Shown here: positions 56,717 through 64,000 of the stretch, piece by piece
Numbering within the stretch: position 1 is the stretch's first letter
Layout: the number at the start of each line of letters is the position of its first letter
The notes under the pieces: model-generated
Database searches by the model: none
The model's input: only the letters and a program-made list of their open reading frames with translations
What the model was told of the DNA's origin: nothing
NCBI GenBank assembly: GCA_965644265.1
Contig: OZ286459.1
Span: forward strand, 50,840,001 to 50,904,000
Length of the DNA: 64,000 nt
Direction of reading: 5' to 3'
From: Glycera tridactyla
Taxonomy: Eukaryota
Translations under genes and position numbers: made by a program

Positions 56717-59700
56717 ATGTCTTCCAAGAACCAGAAAAGAGGCCTATGTGGCCACTATGTTGCCTGTTGGGATGACCACCCTCTCTGTCCCTCTTGCCGT
56801 CCGTGTGGGCAGTCCACGGGGGACTATCAGTCAGATGAGGTATTTTGCAATATCTGTTCGGTATGGTCTAGCAATCAATGGGATAGACACGCAGCTAGGA
56901 GAACCTACAAGTCCAAAAAGAAATCAGATTCTACTAGGTGTGCTACTGTGTCTAGACCTCAAGCTGAGTTTAGTCCCCTTGCTAGGATAGACAGCTCTAG
57001 ACCTGCGTCTGATACGAGAGAGGTTGTGGGGCCCAAATCATTGAAATTGTCTAAGGGTAAGAGTAGAGGCCATTCTTCCTCTAGTTTGGAATCTGCTTCA
57101 GGAGTTCCCTTAGTGGGTAGTCCGGCTGCCCGTCCGATCGAGAGTCCCTTTAAGGACCGCGGTAGGACAGCTGGAAGGACAACACCCGTTACTTTGAGTG
57201 ACCAGTCGATTGAGAAGTTCTCTCCTAGTCATTCGGAGAAGTTGTCCGAGGCACATGTCCGTGCTGGCAGTTCAGTCAGGTCCGGTAGCCATCTTAGCGA
57301 GTCCGGGAAGATATCGGCCCTTCCAGAGATAACGGGTCAGCTAGCTAGTGAGGATAGTGCTCAGCCTAAAAAGACACTTCAGGTCCTTCTCAAGAGATCG
57401 TCTAAGGCTACGTCTCTCTTGTCAGGGAAATCTGGGATTATTGAGACTGGAGTAGCTGTGCGGAAGGTGTCCGGTGTGTCCGGTGTGTCCGGTAGTGCTG
57501 GCATGTCCGGTGGAGTTAGCGGGTCCGGTCAGGGTGATTTGTCCGGTGGCGCTAAGATTTCCGTTACTCAAGCCCAGTCCGATAGGAAATCCGGTTTGTC
57601 TGGAGCGTCCAGTGCGTCTGGCGAGTCTGGTGTGTCCGGTGCATCCGGCAAGTCCGGTGTGCCCAGAGTGTCCAGCAAGACTGGCAAGTTCGGCAAGTCC
57701 GGTGTGTCCGGTGTGTCCGGCAAGTCTGGCAAGTCCGGTGTGTCCGGCGTGTCCGGCAAGTCTGGCAAGTCCGGCGTGTCCGGCGTGTCCGGCGTGTCCG
57801 GTGTGTCCGGCAAGTCCGGCAAGTTCGGCAAGTCAGGTGTGTCCGGTGTGTCTGGCGTGTCTGGAGTGTCCGGCGTGTCCGGTAGGTCACCGGTGGGATC
57901 AGAGTTAACACAAGCTGGAAGTTCTCGGTCCCATGGGTCTCTGTCTGTCCGTCAGGTAGTAACCACGTCCCTTAAACAAGTATCTGATTCACATAAGGGT
58001 GAAGGTTAGAGATTCTCCCGTCAGTCGGAAATCTTCTTCTATCAGATCAGGAAGAGATTCATCTGCAGGGTCTAAGATAGATTCACAAGGGTTCAGGATT
58101 CCTGCAATGTCTAAGAGTAGATCTCAGGAGGCCAGTACTAGTAAACAGTTACTAGGTTCAGACTCGACTGAGTCCAATGTTCAAGGTGATTTGACTCAAG
58201 GTTATGCAAACGCATACATTATTCCTTCTGCTCTTCTTCCAGGGCAGCAGCACATTCAGGTGATTGCTGCTCCTGGTTTATCTGTAGATGATGCTAAGAG
58301 TCTAGCAGTTCCAGCATCTCATGGTGTTGCTGACTCAGTAGAAGCCAGAGAGATATTTGCTAGTTTTGGCAGACAGAGTTCTTCAGAGGAAGAAGTTAGA
58401 AGGAAGGCTTCTTCTCTTTCAGAAAGGTTCACTCCTATTGTAGTTGATCCTTAAGAACATATTATTTCTGAAGTAGTTAATAATTGTTTCGCAATGGAGA
58501 AACTTTCGAAAGAAGTCTTTGGTGACAATTCGGAGTCAAGTCAGACTCAGGTTAAGTTCAGAGTGACGTTTAATGATTCTGTTGTGTCACCATTATCTGT
58601 CAAGGACGGCGCAGCTGCAGCTGTAGAGGTTTCGCCTAAGGTTTCCGAGTCTCAACACCTTATAATTCCTCATTATCTGCCTACTAGGTCAGTTAGTGAT
58701 AGAGGTAGCATTCAATCTGGTTTTTCTCAGAATGACTGCCATGGGGTGGCATTGGGTCCAAATGGAGCAGGAGATAATTATACTGTTGCTTCAGATCATA
58801 GTACGGTTGCTTCAGCTATGAGTATGGATATATCTATTCAAGATGGGGATGACTTGGATTCGAAGTCGGAAGAGTCCTTTGGTCATTCTTTACCTAAGTC
58901 GTCTCATGTGGTAGTAGATCCCCAAACAAGATCTCCACCGGTGGATATTATGGATTGGTGGAAAACCAAAGGGCAGTTTCAGAGAAGAATTTCTCCTATT
59001 AGACCTCCAACTACAGGGAGAAGAAATATTCCTCATACCGCTACTTTGTCACAACCTGTGGTTATGAGGGAAAATGTCCAGGTTGCTCCTTCCCTTCCTC
59101 AGCGAACCTTAGTGGCTCAACAAGATACTGGTATATTAGCTCAGGTTGAGTCACTATGGGAGGAGGTCAGAATTCTCAAGGAGAAGGAGAATAGAGATTC
59201 AAGGAAGAGAAGTCATGATGAGAGTCAGTCTATTATGTCTGCTGATTCTGAGGAAGAGGACAGGCCGGATATGAAGAGGAGAATGATCTCCTTTAGAAGG
59301 TTTGCCCATGAGACCCTGAATAAAGATCCAGATCCGGTTTCTAGAGAGGAAATTGGTATTGGTTCAGGCAAGTTCGACACATCTTTTGCAGCATTCAAGA
59401 GGAGCAAGGATATTGAGTTCCTCATTGATCCTACCCTCCCCATATCTCCTATTGTCTCGAATGTCCAGAAGATCATGAATCGAGCATTACAAGGGAGGGA
59501 TGAAAAAGAACAGCCACAAGCTGCTGATGTGTCTCTTGCAGATTTCAAGATAGGGAAAGGTGGTAGAGCTGAATCTCTGTCTAGATCATTTAAGGGCGCC
59601 TTTCCGAGAATATATGGGTGTAACGCCCTTGTTTATAAGCTTCGCCCTTCTGATGATAAAACTAATTTCTCTGTTGTGCCACCTCAGATCGATCCAGATT

Positions 59701-60374
59701 ATTTCGATCATGGCAATGCCTCGAAAGCTGACCTGAAGCCCTCTCAGGAGGAGATAATCCTTAGGGACAGTCTTAAGGTTCTCTCATACACTGATGTTGC
59801 CCTGGCCACTGGTTTGACAGGTGCTGAGGGAGTAGACAAATCAGCCGAAACCCAGGAGAAGGCTAGGGAAGCCATCAGGGTGGGGTTACATGCAGTAGAA
59901 CATGTTGCCATTATGGTTGCCAAGGTTCTAGGCAATCTGGAATTGTCTAGGCGTTCCACGGCCCTCAAGTCTATGAAGTTTGATGATGACGTGAGAGCCA
60001 AATTGAGGACCCTTCCTTTGGGCCAGGAGTTGCTTTTTGGTGGGAAGCTAGATGAGGCAGTAGACTTGGCTTCAGAGAAAGCTCTGAGAAGGAGGAATAT
60101 AGAGTTTGAGTTTAATTCCTCCTCTAGGGACAAAGCTAGAGAGGCTAGATCTCAATATAGTTCCCAGCCGTCTGCCAGTCAAGGTCGTGGTAGAGGCAAG
60201 AAGAAGAGAGGTTCTTCCTCCAGAGGTAGGGGAAGAGGTCGTGGTCAGAGCACCCCTCAAGATTCTACTCCCCAGGCTCAAGGGCCAGTGACTGCTCCCG
60301 GGAAAGCAGGACAGAAAGATCAGGGGAGACAGTTCTTCAAGAAAAGGGGGAGGGGTCGCGCAGCCCAGCTCTAG
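56717..60374 (+). pseudogene. Element 5 gag-like ORF1 (frameshift at ~58005, stop at 58452)
   Basis: [24 protein letters not shown]; SGVSGKSGK repeats at 57465-57885; conserved C-terminal domain in 58494..60374. Confidence 0.9.
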
Positions 60375-60393
60375 GGGTGCGTGCGTCACTTCT

Positions 60394-62437
60394 GTGCCCA
60401 TTGTGGGGGCGAGACTGAGTGCTTTTGTCAAGGCTTGGCAGAATCTGACAGAGAACAGGTTTGTTCTGAATATCATAGAAACAGGTCTATCTTGGGTGTT
60501 TCGGGCGAACCCGATTCTTTCTCCGAAATGTCTCCCCTTTTCTCTTCCGAAGGAAGAGAATCCGAAGAGGGTAGCGTTATTAAAGGAGATCCAGTCTATG
60601 CTGGATAAAGGGGCTGTTATTCCCCTCACCCAGGACGGGTTGGCAGGGTATTACAGCAGAATATTTTTGGTAACAAAGGCAACAGGGGGCTATCGACTGA
60701 TTATCAATTTGAAACCTCTGAATCAACACATTTACAATCAGAGGTTCAAAATGGGACAACGAGGTCGATAGTGAAAGCTGTCTCTTCGGGCGATTGGACA
60801 GTATCCATCGACCTGAAGGACGCCTACTTTCATGTACCCATCAATCCGGAGTTCCAAAAATTTCTGAGGTTTGCCCTGTCTCCCAAGGAGATTTTTCAGT
60901 TCAGGGCTCTCCCTTTTGGTCTTTGTACGGCACCTCACATTTTCACGATGTTAGTAAGGGAAGTGGCGCAGCATTTGCATGCGAGGGGAGTGAAATTTCA
61001 CTATTACCTCGATGACTGGCTGCTCAGAAATCAGAATCCAGAGACGCTAGTATCCCAGCTCCAATATACTCTGAAGTTGGCACGCCAGCTGGGATGGATA
61101 ATCAACGAAAAGAAGTCGGACTTGGTTCCCAGCCAACAATTTGTATACCTGGGGATCGAGTTCGACACAGAATTGTCTGTTGTCCGTCCCACGCTAACCA
61201 GAGTGGAAAGGATGGAAGGGTGGGTACGGGTGTTTTGAAGGGTTCTGCGGCAGCCAGCTCGGTCAGTCCTGAAGATATTGGGACATATGTCCAGCCTCTC
61301 GGACACAGTATATCTTGGTCGTCTCCACATGAGACCAATTCAGATGGCTCTTTTGAGTCAGTGGAGACCATTCTCCGACAATCCAGATCAGTTAGTCACG
61401 CTTCCAGAACGAGGAGAGGTGTCCCACTGTCCCCTCCAGAACCTTCGGTAAATCTTCTGACAGACGCGTCTCTGGAGGGTATGGCAGCACATTTGGTGAT
61501 AGGAGATCAAAGATTTCAGCTCTCGGGAACTTGGCCTCACAGTTATCGGGGCCGTTCGATAAACACTCTGGAGCTAGAAGCGGTGCTTCTGGCTCTCCAA
61601 GGGTTCTCAGAGCATCTCTTTCACGAAGTTGTTCTCCTCCTTTCAGACAATGCTACGGCAATAGCTTACATCCAGAACCAAGGGGGAACACATTCCAGTC
61701 TCCTCTGCGGTTTAGCGTGGCAGATATTTTCTCTAGCACAAAGCCTAAACATGTCGTTGAGAGCAAGGCATATTCCAGGGAAACAGAATGTCCTGGCAGA
61801 CTCGTTATCTCGTCAGTCTCCAGTTCAGACAGAATGGGAACTACTGCAATCGGTTTTCCAGGGAGTAGTAGAACATTTCAACCTGTCTCCAACAGTCGAT
61901 CTCATGGCCACACCTCACAACAGCAAGCTTCCGGTGTTCGCGTACCCGTTTCTGGACCCATCTGCTCTCGAAGTGGACGCTCTCTCCATGTCTTGGAGGG
62001 GTCTCGGGACGGCATATGTTTACCCACCAACAGCTTTAGTGAGGGATGTGGTCAACAAACTGAGAGGACTGGAGATGGTTCTGATTTGCATAGCTCCCTG
62101 GTGGCCTAACCAATCTTGGTTCCCAGACCATCTGGAATTGTCCATAGATCTTGCAGTGGAGCTGCCTCTCCCTCGGGACCTGTTAATTCAGAAGATCAGA
62201 GGGAAGGTAGTCAACCACTGGAAGCCCCAAGTGCTCTCTCTACACGCTTGGTGTCTGTGCGGTCAGCCCTCAGCCGCCAGGGTTTTTCAGCAAAGGCGGC
62301 TGAGCGGATCTCTGGATCTACCAGACCATCCACTACCAAAGTCTACGACACCGGATGGGCCAGATGGGAATCTTGGTGCTCTACCCACTTGGTGGATAAA
62401 GAGCGTCCCTCTATGGCCCAACTGGGAGATTTCCTGA
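60394..62437 (+). pseudogene. Element 5 pol, disrupted
   Basis: IVGARLSAFVKAW, SIDLKDAYFHVP, YYLDDWLL, TDASLEG and AYVYPP, in three pieces. Confidence 0.92.
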
Positions 62438-63323
62438 TTGAGTTATGGGAATCTGGTCTCGCTCTTGAGACCGTTAAAGGCTACCGCTCGGCTATAGGCT
62501 CAGTACTATCCCGTCATGGTATTAAGATTTCTGATTCTAGTGAAATTTCTGACCTTTTCAGAAATTTTGCTCTCGAGAGACCTGTTACTCCGAAAGTGGT
62601 TCCTCAATGGAATTTACCTTTAGTTTTAAGGTATTTGAAGGGTGCTCCCTTTGAACCATTGGAGGAAGGCACTCTTTTGAATGTAGCCAAGAAGTCAGTG
62701 TTCTTGGTCGCTCTTGCTACAGGTCGTAGAAGGAGTGAGCTTCATGCATTGTCTGGTTTATCCAATGCTGTTCGTTTCACTCGTGATTTATCTAAAGTTT
62801 CCAAGGTATGTGAACCTGGCTTCTTAGCCAAGAACCAGGCGCCAGACAAATTATCTCTTATCATTGAGCTTCCGGCCTTATCAGGGGTTCCTGATATTTC
62901 GTAAGACGATTCAAGTCTTTGTCCAGTTAGAGCATTAGAGACGTTTTTGCGTAGATCTACTACTCTTAGGGGCTCTAGGAGGAGGTTATTTTTTGATCCC
63001 TCTTCTATTTCTCAAAAGGAGATGAGAGCTGCGGTCCTATCTAAGTGGATTATGGACATTGTAAAGGGCGCATACCTCCAGGCTGATAGAGAGGATGAGT
63101 TGGCAGAACATATATCCGCTCATGAGCTCAGAGCTCTCTCTGCATCCTGGAGAATGTTCAACAGGTCTTGTTCTGTTGGAGATATCATGCGTTCTGGCGT
63201 TCAAGTCATACTTTTGGGAACTATCATTTACGGGATATGTGTGGGCAGGCTATGGATTCGTATTCACTGGGTCCTATTGTGGCTGGACAAGCAGTGGTTT
63301 TTCCACCTGCCCTCACTGATTAG
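62250..63323 (+). pseudogene. Element 5 YR (stop at 62902, frameshift at ~63195)
   Basis: TGRRRSELHAL, FLAKNQ and AHELRALS. Confidence 0.9.
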
Positions 63324-63803
63324 TTATTTCTTCTCTCTAACCCAATATCCGTGGTATATGCATATGCATAATTTGATGGAGAAACCAGGTTGTGTGTTAA
63401 CCCCCCCCCCCCCAGGTTTGCTTGCTAGCCTGGGAGTTAACACTTACCTGTTTCTCCATCAAATGGGATTTTCCCTCCCATCCTCCCCTATGTGTGTATA
63501 TAGTGTATATTGTTGTTATTTACGAGTTGCGCTTGCGCTAGTTTGTTTACGTGGCGAGCGCAGTTCCATCGGTTTGCACGGGGAGCGCTGCGATATCGGA
63601 TGGTGTAGGGGTGACACCTGAGAGAAGATTTTTAATTGTATTAAAGTTCGAAGTGGGCGATTCAATGAGAATGAATGCATAATTTGATGGAGAAACAGGT
63701 AAGTGTTAACTCCCAGGTTAGCAAGCAAACCTTGGGGGGGGGGGGTTCCCTCCTCCCAATCACTGTGAGTATGACCTACCTAACATAGACCGGAACGCAC
63801 TAA

Positions 63804-64000
63804 GTTAATACCGTACCTGTCTCTCCCTCAAATTCTGCATCCCTGATGCCTAACAACCTTCGCTCGAACTTAACAACAAATAGATGGAAAATCCATCTAG
63901 AGTCATGAACCTGAACCCTTATCCGCCATCTAGCGTATCCGAGCGTCAACTCAGACGTGTCACGTCAGCTTACGTCGCATTTTCTCGTTTCGACATTGAG
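63804..64000 (+). mobile_element. 5' ITR of a further family-A DIRS, running off the window end
   Basis: taaGTTaataccgtacctgtctctccctcaaattctgcatc..., only 56 bp after the end of element 5. Confidence 0.9.

Larger units (their letters stand above)
56233..63747 (+). mobile_element. DIRS element 5 (family C), full length, mildly decayed
   Basis: ITRs 56233-~56423 and 63522-63747, ICR 63364-63464, GTT at both junctions; gag, pol and YR with a few stops and frameshifts. Confidence 0.95.

Overview
This is a eukaryotic (probably animal) window made almost entirely of nested retroelements. I found no recognisable host gene, RNA gene or CRISPR array. It is dominated by DIRS1-type tyrosine-recombinase (YR) retrotransposons of at least three terminal-sequence families. 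Four are full length and on the + strand: 2039-9157 and 22930-30502 have intact ORFs, while 32636-40307 and 56233-63747 are decayed. A fifth begins at 63804, and there are several fragments. Each full-length element has inverted terminal repeats (ITRs), an internal complementary region (ICR), a gag-like ORF1, an RT/RNaseH/methyltransferase-like ORF and a YR ORF. Between them lie decayed CR1/L2-group LINEs (APE+RT), a Penelope-like element with an SGNH-esterase domain split by a LINE insertion, microsatellites and small duplications. Three observations stand out. (1) The gag stop is a conserved YAG|G site from which the YR frame continues in frame for about 1000 codons, and pol sits in +1 with no AUG before its conserved N-terminus, which suggests recoding or splicing. 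(2) Every 3' ITR, but not the matching ICR/5' ITR copy, carries a near-perfect U1 snRNA-complementary donor site. (3) Empty-site paralogs inside the window map the YR crossovers at a G/A-TT triplet. Coordinates were read by eye and fragment boundaries are approximate.
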